Source: Gammaproteobacteria bacterium
GTDB taxonomy: Bacteria; Pseudomonadota; Gammaproteobacteria; Eutrophobiales; Eutrophobiaceae
Assembly (NCBI GenBank): GCA_965221695.1
Contig: OZ244905.1
Coordinates: 2,701,384 to 2,765,383 of the forward strand
Direction of reading: 5' to 3'
Length of the DNA: 64,000 nucleotides
Positions 17,976 through 31,979 of this stretch are shown piece by piece (position 1 is the first letter of the stretch; each line of letters opens with the position of its first letter). A model generated the notes under the pieces. That model ran no database searches. It had not been told where the DNA came from and worked only from the letters and a program-made list of their open reading frames with translations. The translations under genes were made by a program, and so were the position numbers.

Positions 17976-18124
17976 AGAGAGCTGATCATAAGGGTTTAGA
18001 GTTTGCAAACAACGTCTCGGATGAGATGACGTAATCAGGTCATGCCTGCTGGCGGTTTCTCCACATAACCGGCAGGGTTGCGACGGCGGGCCAGTAGTTT
18101 GTCAATTTCCCAGCGGGCGGCTGG

Positions 18125-21100
18125 TTAGACATCGGTGAGGCAGGTAGTCACTCCATTCAATTGTTTTGCGACCGGCAAGCCGTTTTTGAACAATATCCTG
18201 TTGGTATGCAAGGCCGGGATGCGGTCGCCGGGCAATATCACGCCTACCAGGTTCAGCGGATCGGTGGCGGAGATGACGACTGGAGGCAGCTCCTGCGTGG
18301 CGTTTTTCTGTTTCCTCAACAAGGCAATCGCCTCCGGTCGGGCAAATTGTTCGCCGGAGCAGCCTTCGACAAAATAACCGCCACGGATCTCGCCTCGCGC
18401 CTCCATGCGCCGGCACATATACAGCAGCTCTCTCCACGGCGGTAAGTCGGGTTCGCGTTCCAGTACCTTGCGGAACAGCACACCATAACGCTTCAGCAGG
18501 GTATCGACAACCGCGCTCAGCGTGTTTTCGTCCGTGCCCGGCCAGGCGCGCTGTTCCGGGGTTTCGGGGTCTTCCGTTGAACTGACAATGGCCGACCAGC
18601 GCCCTGCGGCATCGACGCTGTTCATGCTCGACGCTCGCCGGCGTCGCCTCCCATGGCCGTAGCCGGGGCGCTTGCTCTCCGGTGTGATCAGTGCCCGGAG
18701 CCCTGCGTAGCTGTCTGAGGTGACGGCGCCGCCAGCGGCCAGTTCAGCCAGCGCCGTTTCCACCTGGGTGCGCAGTAAACCGGTCTGTTGCGCCAGGTCC
18801 ATGAAAAATGATGCGCCCTGGCGCCGCAGGGTGTCCAGGGTTTTTGCTGCTGCGGACGATAACTTCCTGCCCTGGATCGCATCCGGCAGCAGAAGTTTCT
18901 GCCACAGGTCAAGGCGTTCACGGTCCAGCAGGGTGATGGGCGTGTTCCTCAGCAATACCGCTTTGCCCGCAGACATTTCATCCGCTGCAGCCCTGTGCCT
19001 GGCAGAACGCAGGCGCGACCAGACGATGCGGCCACTACTGCACAAGCGGTCCAGGGCCGCGCTGGAGTAGTCGTTCAGGCGGGCAGGCAGGATATCCTTT
19101 TCCCACGCAGCCGCGGCAATGGCGTAACCCTCCAGTTTTTCCAGCGCCGCCAGCAGCGCGGCGTCACCCTCGGGTCGTATTTCACCCATACCGTGCCACG
19201 CAAACAGGAAACGCATATAGCCGGCGGCTGTTACCGGTTTGATTTCCTGCCGTAACGATTGAATGGTATAGCGGTGCATCCTGGCGAGCAGGCCGCGCTC
19301 GCACCACTCTGTCTCCACGGCGTCAGGGCTGTACCGGCCCTGCATCGCATAGCCCTCGTTCTGCAATGCCAGCAGGGACGCGTTAACCTCGGTGGCGCTT
19401 GCGTCAAACAGTTCAGCCAACTCGGCTTCGGTCACGGGTCCGCAGCATTCGAGCCGGGCGCGCACAAGTTCGATCAGCGCGGACTCTCTGGCAGGTCTTC
19501 CTGTACCAAGGGCTGCCTCTGGCGGCATCTCGGATAACTGGATTTTTGCTTCCGCCGTGATGGCGGCAGAGGAGCGCCGGGATGGTGGGGAGGCAGCAGT
19601 ATCGATAGAAGAAGCAGGCGCTGGGGGCAAGCCGGCAGCCGCAGTGGTTGGCCCGCCGGCATATACTGCCTGAGCCTGGGGAAGCCGTTCGGCGCAAACC
19701 CATAGGGTCTGTTTGCCGGCGCGCAGCACGGTTGCGCGTTTCTCCTCCATAAGCCGAGGCAACCAGGGGCGACCGTCTGCCAGCGCCGGGTTATCGCCGC
19801 TGCCTTCGCGTGCACTCATCACGCCGGTAAGCATCAGCGCATCATGCAGTTCATCTGCGTCACGGAATGCCGGCCAGGCTTCACTGCGTACCTGGGCGAT
19901 GGCTTCCGGACTCAAGCGGGCAAGGTTTGCGGCGTCGGCCGGGTCCAGGAAGCGCCTGGCAATGACCGCGTTGGTGCGGCGTTCTTCCGCCGGCGCATCA
20001 TCCAGGAATGCATACGGCCGGGCGTTCAGGATTTCCTGTGCCAGCGGAGAGGGCCCGCCCAGGTCGCGGCAATGGAAGCGGATCCGGCCGTTCTCGTATG
20101 CCCGAAGAATTTCTTCCAGTCCGGCAATGTCCATCAGGTCGTTCAGGCAGTCGTTGACGGTCTGTTCTACCAGCGGATGCCGTGGTATTTCCCTTTCTCC
20201 GATGAGATTGTCCTGGCAGGCCAGTTGGTCGGGGAAGACCACCGCCATCAGGTCCTCGGCATCGCTGCGCTGGAACTGTGCGGGCACTTTCTGCCCGCCG
20301 CTGTTGCGCCTGACGGCCAGGGCCGTGGTGGCATTCCAGCGCCAGTGTGTGGGGAACATCGGCGTCGCCAGCAGCGCCTGGGTGACCGCGTCCCTGACGC
20401 TCGCGGAATTAAGGTAGCGGGTCACATCCTCCAGGGGAAAGCTGTGGATCGCGCCCAGGGATATGACAATGCTGTCGTCCAGGGCTGCGGCCTGCAACTC
20501 AAAATTGAACTGCCGGCAGAAGCGCTTGCGCAGGCCCAGGCCCCAGGCGCGGTTGATGCGGGAGCCGTAAGGGCTGTGCAGCACCAGGTGCTGGTCTCCT
20601 GCCTCGTCAAAAAAGCGCTCGAACACGACATCCTGCCGGGTCGGGACGCGTCCCAGGGCGGCGCGCGCGCCGGCCAGGTGATCGGTCAACTGGCGTGCAG
20701 CCGCCTCGTTCAGATTTAATTCGCCAACCAGCCAGTGATATGCGGTATCCCCGCCCTGCGCCAGTTTTTCATCCATGACGCTGCGCAGGCGTGAGACCGC
20801 ACGACTCAGTTCATCGGACCGGCCCGGCGCCTCGCCGAACCAGAACGGAATGTTCGGAGGCTGGCCTTGTGCGTCCGCAACCCGCACTTTGCTCTGTTCG
20901 ACCTTGAGGATGCGATACGAGGTATTGCCCAGTTGGAAGATGTCGCCAGGCAGGCTCTCGAATGCAAAATCTTCGTTCAATGTCCCGATAAAATGGCCCT
21001 CCGGTTCCAACACCACATCGTAATCGAACTGGTCCGGTATCACCCCGCCGTTGGTAACGGCAGTCAGCCTCGCGCTCTTCCTGGGCCGGATGCGCTTGTT

Positions 21101-22516
21101 GACGCTGTCATGGTGGATGTACCGGCTGCGCCGGCCGCGGCGCGTGGAAAACCCCTGCGCCAGCATGCCCAATACCTCCGTGAATTTCTGCCGCGTCAGT
21201 TCCCGGTACGGGTAAGCGTGCGTCACTTGCCGGAACAATTCATCTTCCTGCAACTCCGCGCAGGCAGCCTCCGCGACCAGGTGCTGCGCGAGCACATCCA
21301 GGTGGCCCTCAGGTATGGCGAGCCGGTCCAGCTCGTCACGCCGCGCCGCGTCCAGCAACGCCGCGCATTCCACCAGGTCATCCCGGCTCAGCGGGAACAG
21401 TCGTCCCTTTGGAGTCGCACCCAGGTGGTGGCCGGAACGTCCAACCCGTTGCAGGAACACGGCAATGGATCGGGGCGAGCCAAGCTGGCACACCAGGTCC
21501 ACATCTCCGATGTCGATGCCCAGTTCCAGCGATGCAGTCGCGACCAGCGCCTTGAGTTCTCCCCGTTTCAGCCGTTGTTCCGCATTCAGGCGATGTTCTT
21601 TTGCCAGGCTGCCGTGATGGGCGGTCACATTTTCTTCACCTACCCGTTCCGCCAGCGCGCGCGCGGCCCGTTCGGCCAGGCGGCGGGTATTGACGAAGAT
21701 CAGCGTGGTCCTGTGCTGCCCAATCAGGTCAGCCAGCCGAGCGTACAATTCCAGCCATACCTCGCCGGCCATCACGGCTTCCAAGGGTGAGTCGGTAAGC
21801 GCCAGCGCGATGTCCATACGCCTGGCATGGCCGCGATCCAGGATGTTGCACTGTTGCTCCCGGTTACCGATCAGGAACCGGGCAATCTCTTCTATCGGCC
21901 GTTGAGTCGCAGACAGGCCGATACGCGCGAACGGGCGTCCGGTGAGCGCCTCCAGCCGTTCCAGTGAAAGCGCCAGGTGCGCCCCCCGTTTGTTTGGCGC
22001 CAGGGCATGAATCTCGTCAATGATCACGTTGCGCACGGTTTGCAGCATATTTCTACCGGAACTGCTGGTGAGCAGGATATAAAGGGATTCCGGGGTGGTG
22101 ACCAGGATATGGGGTGGCGTGCGCCGCATACGCTCGCGCGCTGCCTGCGTGGTATCACCGGTTCGCACCAGGGCGCGGATGTCCGCCGTCGCCAAGCCCT
22201 GTGCCTGCATCCTGTCGCGGATGCCTTGCAGCGGTCCCTGCAGGTTCTTCTGTATATCGTTGGACAAGGCCTTCAGAGGAGAGACATACAGGATATACGT
22301 CTCATCAGCAAGCCGGCCGGCCACAGCTTCCCGCACCAGGTCGTCAATGGCCGCGAGGAACGCGGCCAAGGTCTTGCCGCTACCGGTCGGGGCGGCAATC
22401 AGGGCATGTTTGCCCTGTTTTATCGCAGGCCAGGCGTCCTCCTGTACCGGCGTCGGTCCGGCAAATTCACTGTTAAACCAGGACGCGGTCACCGGGTGAA
22501 AAATATCGGTTGACAT
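18125..22516 (-). CDS. lhr: Lhr-like large ATP-dependent (DEAD/DEAH-box) helicase
   Basis: 1463-aa product with an N-terminal superfamily-2 helicase core (LIAAPTGSGKTLAAFL; DEIH; QRVGRSGH) followed by a long Lhr-type C-terminal extension. Confidence 0.85.
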   Translation of the reverse strand: MSTDIFHPVTASWFNSEFAGPTPVQEDAWPAIKQGKHALIAAPTGSGKTLAAFLAAIDDLVREAVAGRLADETYILYVSPLKALSNDIQKNLQGPLQGIRDRMQAQGLATADIRALVRTGDTTQAARERMRRTPPHILVTTPESLYILLTSSSGRNMLQTVRNVIIDEIHALAPNKRGAHLALSLERLEALTGRPFARIGLSATQRPIEEIARFLIGNREQQCNILDRGHARRMDIALALTDSPLEAVMAGEVWLELYARLADLIGQHRTTLIFVNTRRLAERAARALAERVGEENVTAHHGSLAKEHRLNAEQRLKRGELKALVATASLELGIDIGDVDLVCQLGSPRSIAVFLQRVGRSGHHLGATPKGRLFPLSRDDLVECAALLDAARRDELDRLAIPEGHLDVLAQHLVAEAACAELQEDELFRQVTHAYPYRELTRQKFTEVLGMLAQGFSTRRGRRSRYIHHDSVNKRIRPRKSARLTAVTNGGVIPDQFDYDVVLEPEGHFIGTLNEDFAFESLPGDIFQLGNTSYRILKVEQSKVRVADAQGQPPNIPFWFGEAPGRSDELSRAVSRLRSVMDEKLAQGGDTAYHWLVGELNLNEAAARQLTDHLAGARAALGRVPTRQDVVFERFFDEAGDQHLVLHSPYGSRINRAWGLGLRKRFCRQFNFELQAAALDDSIVISLGAIHSFPLEDVTRYLNSASVRDAVTQALLATPMFPTHWRWNATTALAVRRNSGGQKVPAQFQRSDAEDLMAVVFPDQLACQDNLIGEREIPRHPLVEQTVNDCLNDLMDIAGLEEILRAYENGRIRFHCRDLGGPSPLAQEILNARPYAFLDDAPAEERRTNAVIARRFLDPADAANLARLSPEAIAQVRSEAWPAFRDADELHDALMLTGVMSAREGSGDNPALADGRPWLPRLMEEKRATVLRAGKQTLWVCAERLPQAQAVYAGGPTTAAAGLPPAPASSIDTAASPPSRRSSAAITAEAKIQLSEMPPEAALGTGRPARESALIELVRARLECCGPVTEAELAELFDASATEVNASLLALQNEGYAMQGRYSPDAVETEWCERGLLARMHRYTIQSLRQEIKPVTAAGYMRFLFAWHGMGEIRPEGDAALLAALEKLEGYAIAAAAWEKDILPARLNDYSSAALDRLCSSGRIVWSRLRSARHRAAADEMSAGKAVLLRNTPITLLDRERLDLWQKLLLPDAIQGRKLSSAAAKTLDTLRRQGASFFMDLAQQTGLLRTQVETALAELAAGGAVTSDSYAGLRALITPESKRPGYGHGRRRRRASSMNSVDAAGRWSAIVSSTEDPETPEQRAWPGTDENTLSAVVDTLLKRYGVLFRKVLEREPDLPPWRELLYMCRRMEARGEIRGGYFVEGCSGEQFARPEAIALLRKQKNATQELPPVVISATDPLNLVGVILPGDRIPALHTNRILFKNGLPVAKQLNGVTTCLTDV

Positions 22517-22538
22517 AAGAGAACAGTTTATCCGAAAC

Positions 22539-22705
22539 TTAAGGAACCTCTGATTAAGTCAGAGGTTCCTACGATACAAGGATGTATCGTCAATATCAAT
22601 GACTGTAAGGCATTGATATTGTGAGGAAAACAAAAATCGCATTTTTGTTTTCCGTACTCTGACAAGTCCTGGATGGACTTGTTCAGAGTTTTCTTAAGTT
22701 CCAGG
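22539..22705. repeat. MITE-like multi-hairpin element (family 2), reverse orientation
   Basis: Reverse complement of the 2926-3110 and 60746-60898 copies. Lies directly upstream of the lhr start. Confidence 0.8.
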
Positions 22706-22845
22706 GGGACGGATTTCAAGCATGCCCTGTATGTTGTAAACAGTACGCCGTCCCTGTACATCAAACAGAAACTTAAAAAATTGCCCAAAGGCAGGCTTAA
22801 GCGCAAACATAAGGGCTTGCCGTTGGCAGCGTGAGGATACCTTGA

Positions 22846-23244
22846 ATGAGCGAAGAGCTGCTGACACATAAAGGCGGCTGCCATTGCGGCGCGGTGAAGT
22901 TCGAGGTGGATGCCCCCGCTGCGATCACCGTGATGGACTGTAACTGCTCCATCTGCCGGATGAGCGGCTACTTGCACCTGCAGGTCCCGAGGTCGCGCTT
23001 CCGGCTGCTGCGAGGCAAGGATGCGCTGTCGACCTACACTTTCAATACCGGTGTCGCGCAACACTATTTCTGCGGCGCTTGCGGCGTCAAGTCATTCTAC
23101 GTGCCGCGCTCATTCCCCGAGGGCTACAGCGTCAACCTCAACTGCCTCGACCGGTCACAGGTAATAAACGTTACGGTGGAAAAGTTTGACGGTGACAACT
23201 GGGAAGCGGCATATAACAGAAAAAAACACACGCCGGTTGATTAA
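22846..23244 (+). CDS. GFA-family protein (glutathione-dependent formaldehyde-activating enzyme / CENP-V-like zinc protein)
   Basis: GGCHCGAV...CNCSICR...CGACG cysteine pattern is typical of the GFA family. Confidence 0.7.
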   Translation: MSEELLTHKGGCHCGAVKFEVDAPAAITVMDCNCSICRMSGYLHLQVPRSRFRLLRGKDALSTYTFNTGVAQHYFCGACGVKSFYVPRSFPEGYSVNLNCLDRSQVINVTVEKFDGDNWEAAYNRKKHTPVD

Positions 23245-23276
23245 GAGAACCTCTGAGATTAAGTCAGAGGTTCCTG
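23245..23276. terminator. solo family-2 hairpin acting as a putative bidirectional terminator between convergent genes
   Basis: gagaacctctgagattaagtcagaggttcctg, with a perfect 10-bp stem. It starts 1 nt after the GFA stop and contains the stop codon of the minus-strand MocA-like gene. Confidence 0.4.
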
Positions 23277-23866
23277 AGCTTCTCCAGGTCGGCGGGCACA
23301 TCAAGGTCAAATTCGGCTTCGGCAAGAGGGAGTGTGCTGACCCGGTCGGCGTTGTTTTTCAGCATTAATTTTGCCCCAGTATCGCCTTTCAGCGCCAGCA
23401 ATTGCGGGTAAAACTCTGCGGGAATGATGGCCGGTGTGCCGATGACGCCGGCGTAGCGGGCGGCTGCTATATCGGACGGGCTGGCAAGCCAAAGGTTGAG
23501 CAGGCTGTTCAGGTGCTGCTGAGTAACCAGCGCCTGGTCGCACAAGGTAATCATCACGGCCGGACAGTCCGGCTCAAGACTGCGCACTCCTGCTTGAACA
23601 GAGGATGCCAGCCCCTGGCGCCAATCCTTGTTGAGCGCTATGTTGACTCCCAGGTCGTCGACAGCTTGTGCGACGGCCTCCGAGTTGGCGCCGACGACCA
23701 CATTGATCCGGCCGGGCGCGAACAGCGCCAGGAGCTTGTTCACGGCAAGCCGCACCAGGCTGGAACCCTTTATTTCAACCAGTTGTTTACACTGGCCGTA
23801 CCTGCTTGAACCTCCCGCCGCCAGAACTACCGCGGCCGCATTTTGCTCCAGGTTTGACGTCTTCAC
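23264..23866 (-). CDS. MobA-like NTP-transferase domain protein (MocA/molybdenum-cofactor cytidylyltransferase-like)
   Basis: N-terminal AAVVLAAGGSSRYGQCKQL glycine-rich nucleotidyltransferase motif. Confidence 0.55.
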   Translation of the reverse strand: MKTSNLEQNAAAVVLAAGGSSRYGQCKQLVEIKGSSLVRLAVNKLLALFAPGRINVVVGANSEAVAQAVDDLGVNIALNKDWRQGLASSVQAGVRSLEPDCPAVMITLCDQALVTQQHLNSLLNLWLASPSDIAAARYAGVIGTPAIIPAEFYPQLLALKGDTGAKLMLKNNADRVSTLPLAEAEFDLDVPADLEKLRNL

Positions 23867-24034
23867 GGTTTCAGCCTCTACTGGACTCGCTTAAGGTTAA
23901 TTTGCAAGCGCTGTGCCGGAAAGTTATTGGTGTTAAGCTTACATTGCGCTCCCAGGCTAATGCCGCGCTATGCAGGCCGGAAGCCGACCTCAGCCGTCAG
24001 AGCCAGTGCGGGGAGGCTCAGCGGTGGTAGGCGT

Positions 24035-24170
24035 CAGTATAGCACAGGCCAAGGTATTGCCCCGTACCACTCCCGCAACAGCGGGAGTCCAGTCAAATAA
24101 GTGTCGCCCGCAGGGCGACTCATCTGTTTACTGGATTCCCGTTTTCACGGGAATGGTACGGAGCGCACGT
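24035..24170. repeat. REP-like nested-palindrome element (family 1), reverse orientation
   Basis: Tail ggccaaggtattgcccc precedes ccgtaccactcccgcaacagcgggagtccagtcaaat, gtcgcccgcagggcgac and ggattcccgttttcacgggaatggtacgg. Confidence 0.75.
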
Positions 24171-24343
24171 CAGTTAGTAAAACGTACACAAAAAACCAAT
24201 CGACACCGAAGCCCTTGATTTAGTACACTGTACCATGTTGGTAGACGGGAGTAATCGGAAGATTGCTCCCGTTTTATATGTGTATTGCTATAGCCTGAAT
24301 TTTCTATCAGTTGATGCGAAGTTCGGGTGAATGGAGGAATTTG

Positions 24344-25474
24344 TTGGGTCATACGGCTTTACTTGCGCTGGCGGATGGCAGTCTCTTCTACGGCGATTCC
24401 ATCGGCGTTGACGGTGCGGCCGTGGGGGAAGTGGTGTTCAATACCTCAATGACGGGCTACCAGGAGATTCTGACGGACCCATCCTACTGCCGCCAAATCA
24501 TTACGTTTACCCAACCGCAGATCGGCAATGTGGGCGTCAATTCGGAAGATATGGAGTCCGCCCGGGTATACGCGTCCGGCATGATCATCAAGCAGGCGCC
24601 CTATCTGCCGAGCAACTGGCGCAACGAGCAATCCCTCACCGACTACCTGGTTGCCAACGAAGTCGTCGCTATTGCGAATATCGATACCCGGCGCCTGACC
24701 CGGCTGTTGCGGGACCAGGGCGCACAAAGCGGTTGCATTGTAGCCGGCGAGCGGCCGGAGGCCGAGCGCGCGCTGGCGCTGGCCCGGGACTTCCCCGGAC
24801 TCAAAGGCATGGACCTCGCCCGTGAAGTCACGACTGCGCAAAACTACCGCTGGCAAGAGGGTGTCTGGTCGTTGGGAGAAGGCCACCGGCGACCGGAGAC
24901 GGCGCGCAAGAAAAAGGTTGTCGCCTATGATTTCGGTGTGAAAAAGAACATCTTGCGCATTCTCTGCGACCTGGGCTGTGAACTGGACGTGGCGCCGGCG
25001 ACCACGAGCGCGCAACAGACGTTGTCCAGTGCGCCTGACGGCGTATTTTTATCCAACGGTCCCGGCGACCCCGAGCCTTGTGATTATGCGATAAACGCGA
25101 TCAGGGAGATTGTGGACGCGGGAATCCCCACCTTCGGTATTTGCCTGGGACACCAGTTGCTGGGGTTGGCCTGCGGCGCGGAAACGGTGAAAATGAAGTT
25201 CGGCCATCATGGCGGTAACCACCCGGTGCAGGAACTGGCGACCGGCAGGGTGATGATCACCAGCCAGAACCACGGTTTTACCGTTGCGGAAGATTCCATC
25301 CCGGACACTTTGACGGTCACGCACCGGTCATTGTTCGACGATACGGTACAGGGCATCCATCACCGGGAACTCCCGGCGTTCGGTTTCCAGGGCCACCCTG
25401 AAGCCAGCCCCGGTCCCCATGACCTCAAGCCGTTGTTCGACCACTTCATGGACCTGATGGAAGCAAACAAATGA
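24344..25474 (+). CDS. carA: carbamoyl-phosphate synthase small (glutaminase) subunit
   Basis: CarA N-terminal domain plus a class-I GATase triad region (GICLGHQLL). Start set at the TTG five nt after a ggagga Shine-Dalgarno sequence; ORF-track start is 24311. Confidence 0.9.
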   Translation: MGHTALLALADGSLFYGDSIGVDGAAVGEVVFNTSMTGYQEILTDPSYCRQIITFTQPQIGNVGVNSEDMESARVYASGMIIKQAPYLPSNWRNEQSLTDYLVANEVVAIANIDTRRLTRLLRDQGAQSGCIVAGERPEAERALALARDFPGLKGMDLAREVTTAQNYRWQEGVWSLGEGHRRPETARKKKVVAYDFGVKKNILRILCDLGCELDVAPATTSAQQTLSSAPDGVFLSNGPGDPEPCDYAINAIREIVDAGIPTFGICLGHQLLGLACGAETVKMKFGHHGGNHPVQELATGRVMITSQNHGFTVAEDSIPDTLTVTHRSLFDDTVQGIHHRELPAFGFQGHPEASPGPHDLKPLFDHFMDLMEANK

Positions 25475-25505
25475 AATCGCTGTGTCCTCTGTGGCTGACA
25501 GATAC

Positions 25506-28715
<3,210 letters not shown>

Positions 28716-28722
28716 CAACAAA

Positions 28723-29199
28723 ATGAACAGAATGCCAATGACAGCTATAGGCGCCGAGCGTTTACGCCGCCAGTTGCACACATTGAAAACGGTAGAGCGC
28801 CCCGGAATCATCCAGTCCCTGGCGGAGGCCAGGGCGCATGGAGACCTTAGCGAAAATGCCGAATATCATGCCGCGCGCGAACGTCAGAGTTTTATTGAAG
28901 GTCGCATCGCGACCATAGAAGAGGCGCTAGCCGTCGCGGAAATCATTGACGTGACGAAAATCGACGCGGACGGTAAAATCGTTTTCGGCGCAACGGCAGA
29001 ATTACTTAATCTTGATACAGAACAAGAAGCCCGTTACCAGATTGTGGGGGAGATGGAAGCGGATATTGACCAGGGACTGCTGTCCGTAAATGCCCCGATA
29101 GCCCGGGCCATGATTGGCAAGGAAGAGGGTGATATCATTCAGGTCGATGCGCCTGGAGGTGTGGTCGAATACGAGATCCTGTCGGTTGCGTATATTTGA
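28723..29199 (+). CDS. greA: transcription elongation factor GreA
   Basis: [34 protein letters not shown] coiled-coil and the FKBP-like C-terminal domain. Start chosen by alignment to the GreA N-terminus. Confidence 0.9.
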   Translation: MNRMPMTAIGAERLRRQLHTLKTVERPGIIQSLAEARAHGDLSENAEYHAARERQSFIEGRIATIEEALAVAEIIDVTKIDADGKIVFGATAELLNLDTEQEARYQIVGEMEADIDQGLLSVNAPIARAMIGKEEGDIIQVDAPGGVVEYEILSVAYI

Positions 29200-29215
29200 C
29201 GTCACAGGGACGGTA

Positions 29216-29234
29216 TGCGGCGCGCTTCCCGCGC
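29216..29234 (+). terminator. putative intrinsic terminator after greA
   Basis: ggcgcgcttcccgcgcgct GC-rich hairpin followed by an A/T-rich stretch (taataatg). Confidence 0.35.
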
Positions 29235-29251
29235 GCTAATAATGTCGAGAT

Positions 29252-29866
29252 ATGTCTAAAAGTTCCAAACGCTGGCTGCAGGAACATAACCGGGATAGGT
29301 ACGTTAACCTGGCCCGGAGCCGGCGACTGCGTTCTCGCGCGGTGTTCAAACTTGAGGAGTTGGACCGGCGTCACAGACTGTTCCGCCCGGGACAGACGGT
29401 GCTTGACCTGGGCGCGGCGCCGGGTAGCTGGTCAGCCTACGTGGCTGAAAAGGTTAGGCCCGACGGCAAAGTCATCGCGGTCGACTTGCTGGCGATGCGG
29501 CCTATTGCCGATGTGATCTTCCTGCAAGCTGACCTGAGCAATGCAGCCAACCTGCAGAATTGTATCGCCCGGCTGAGCGAATACCGCGTTGACCTTGTAA
29601 TTTCTGATATGGCCCCCAATTTATCAGGCATAGCTGCCGCGGATCAGGCCAACAGTCTGAAACTGGCGGAAACCGCTCTCCGAATAGCCTGTTCGGCGCT
29701 GCGCGGTAACGGGCATTTTCTGGTCAAGCTGTTTCAAGGAGCTGACAGCGACGCATTCAGAAAGCAATTGACGGAGAAATTTGCTAAAGTATCAGTGAGC
29801 AAGCCGAAGGCGTCGAGGACGAACTCCAGTGAGGTATACATCCTGGCAAAAGGTTATGAGGTTTAA
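29252..29866 (+). CDS. rlmE: 23S rRNA (uridine2552-2'-O)-methyltransferase RlmE (FtsJ)
   Basis: SSKRWLQEHNRDRYV..RSRAVFKLEELD..VLDLGAAPGSWS SAM-binding motif. Confidence 0.9.
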   Translation: MSKSSKRWLQEHNRDRYVNLARSRRLRSRAVFKLEELDRRHRLFRPGQTVLDLGAAPGSWSAYVAEKVRPDGKVIAVDLLAMRPIADVIFLQADLSNAANLQNCIARLSEYRVDLVISDMAPNLSGIAAADQANSLKLAETALRIACSALRGNGHFLVKLFQGADSDAFRKQLTEKFAKVSVSKPKASRTNSSEVYILAKGYEV

Positions 29867-29984
29867 GAAAGCTTTGAACAAGTCCATCGTTGATCTGTCA
29901 GGTGATGCAAACAATGTAAGTGATAGGATGTATGCTGGCAGGCGCTCGTCCGTTTGTTGAGATAAAGCTCAGGCATAAGGCGTT

Positions 29985-31910
29985 ATGATAAAAAGTATAT
30001 TATTGTGGGTAGTCATCGCCCTGGTCATGATGATGGTATTTCAGAATTTTGGGGCCCGGCCCATCGATACCACCATTCCCTATTCGCAGTTTATTCTGGA
30101 TGTAAAAACAGGCAAAGTGCTCTCCGTCATTATCGAGGGCAACACCATCTCCGGCAACCTGGCGGATGGGTCCCGGTTCAACACGTACAGTCCGGAAACC
30201 AGCAATGATGCCCTGATTGGCACCCTGCTGGATAATAACGTGGAGGTGCTGGGCGCCGAGCCCAATAAGAATTCGTTTTGGGCGCACGCTTTTATCTCCT
30301 GGTTTCCTATCTTACTGTTACTGGGCATTTGGATTTACTTCATGCGCCAGATGCAGGGTGGCGGCGGCCGCGGCGCGCTATCGTTTGGCAAGAGCCGGGC
30401 GCGACTGTTGAATGAAGACCAGGTGAAGATTACATTTAACGATGTTGCCGGCGTTGAGGAGGCGAAAGAAGAAGTCGTCGAGCTGGTTGAATTCCTGCGC
30501 GATCCGGGCAAGTTCCAGAAACTGGGAGGTAAGATTCCACGGGGCGTATTGATGGTAGGCTCACCGGGCACAGGCAAGACCCTACTGGCGAAAGCGATAG
30601 CCGGTGAGGCGCAGGTTCCGTTTTTTACCATTTCCGGTTCGGATTTCGTGGAAATGTTCGTCGGCGTAGGCGCCTCGAGGGTGCGCGACATGTTTGAACA
30701 GGCGAAAAAACACGCGCCCTGTATCATCTTCATTGATGAAATCGATGCGGTAGGACGCCACCGCGGCGCTGGTCTTGGCGGCGGTCATGATGAACGTGAA
30801 CAGACACTCAACCAGCTTCTGGTTGAAATGGATGGGTTTGAAGGCAACGAAGGCATTATCGTCATAGCCGCGACCAACCGGCCCGATGTGCTGGATCCGG
30901 CTTTGCTGCGCCCTGGGCGGTTTGACCGGCAAGTGGTCGTCCCATTGCCGGATATCCGGGGGCGTGAACAGATTCTCAAGGTGCATTTGCGCAAGGTCGC
31001 ATTAGCCGATGATGTTGATCCCTCTATCATCGCGCGCGGCACGCCCGGGTTTTCCGGAGCGGACCTGGCCAACCTGATTAACGAAGCGGCGCTGTTCGCG
31101 GCGCGGGCCAACAAGGAACAGGTTGACATGGAGGAGTTTGAACGGGCTAAGGATAAGGTGATGATGGGCGCCGAGCGGCGTTCCATGGTGATGACTGATG
31201 AGGAAAAGAAACTCACTGCCTACCACGAAGCTGGTCATGCCATTGTCGGACGGCTTGTTCCCAATCATGATCCAGTCTACAAGGTTACTATTATTCCGCG
31301 CGGACGCGCCCTGGGTGTCACCATGTTCCTGCCGGAACAGGACAGGTTGAGCTATTCCCGAGAGTTTTTGCAGAGCCAAATCTGTTCCCTGTTCGGCGGC
31401 CGTATCGCCGAGAGCCTGATTTTCGGAGAAGATGCCGTCACAACAGGGGCGAGCAACGATATAGAGCGCGCCACGCTGCTGGCAAGAAACATGGTAACCA
31501 AATGGGGGCTGTCCGAAAAAATGGGACCGCTCGCCTACCAGGAGGATGAAGGAGAAGTCTTCCTGGGACATTCCGTGACCAAGCACTCAACTGTTTCCGC
31601 TGCCACACAGAATGATATTGACGCAGAGGTAAGGCGCATCATTGATTTGAACTATCAGCGCGCAAAAGAGTTGCTTGAAGCAAACATGGAGAAGCTGCAC
31701 ATGATGGCGGAGGCCCTGGTCAAGTATGAAACCATCGATACCGGTCAGATTGACAGCATCATGGAAGGCAAGGAGCCCGGACCGCCGGCTGATTGGCGCA
31801 ATAATCATAAGACGCGTGGCACACAGTCCGGACCTGATGAAACACAGCAGAAAACCGATGATGAGCCAGTTGAAGGCCCTGCCATGGACGGGCCGGCCCG
31901 TCCAGCCTGA
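29985..31910 (+). CDS. ftsH: ATP-dependent zinc metalloprotease FtsH
   Basis: Two N-terminal TM helices, the AAA+ module ([18 protein letters not shown]; [11 protein letters not shown]) and the HEAGH zinc motif. Confidence 0.97.
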   Translation: MIKSILLWVVIALVMMMVFQNFGARPIDTTIPYSQFILDVKTGKVLSVIIEGNTISGNLADGSRFNTYSPETSNDALIGTLLDNNVEVLGAEPNKNSFWAHAFISWFPILLLLGIWIYFMRQMQGGGGRGALSFGKSRARLLNEDQVKITFNDVAGVEEAKEEVVELVEFLRDPGKFQKLGGKIPRGVLMVGSPGTGKTLLAKAIAGEAQVPFFTISGSDFVEMFVGVGASRVRDMFEQAKKHAPCIIFIDEIDAVGRHRGAGLGGGHDEREQTLNQLLVEMDGFEGNEGIIVIAATNRPDVLDPALLRPGRFDRQVVVPLPDIRGREQILKVHLRKVALADDVDPSIIARGTPGFSGADLANLINEAALFAARANKEQVDMEEFERAKDKVMMGAERRSMVMTDEEKKLTAYHEAGHAIVGRLVPNHDPVYKVTIIPRGRALGVTMFLPEQDRLSYSREFLQSQICSLFGGRIAESLIFGEDAVTTGASNDIERATLLARNMVTKWGLSEKMGPLAYQEDEGEVFLGHSVTKHSTVSAATQNDIDAEVRRIIDLNYQRAKELLEANMEKLHMMAEALVKYETIDTGQIDSIMEGKEPGPPADWRNNHKTRGTQSGPDETQQKTDDEPVEGPAMDGPARPA

Positions 31911-31979
31911 AGTATAACCTCTCAGCCACGGAACAGGTTGTCCCGGGTTTTCTTGCCGCCAGCAACAATTCTCTATCGT

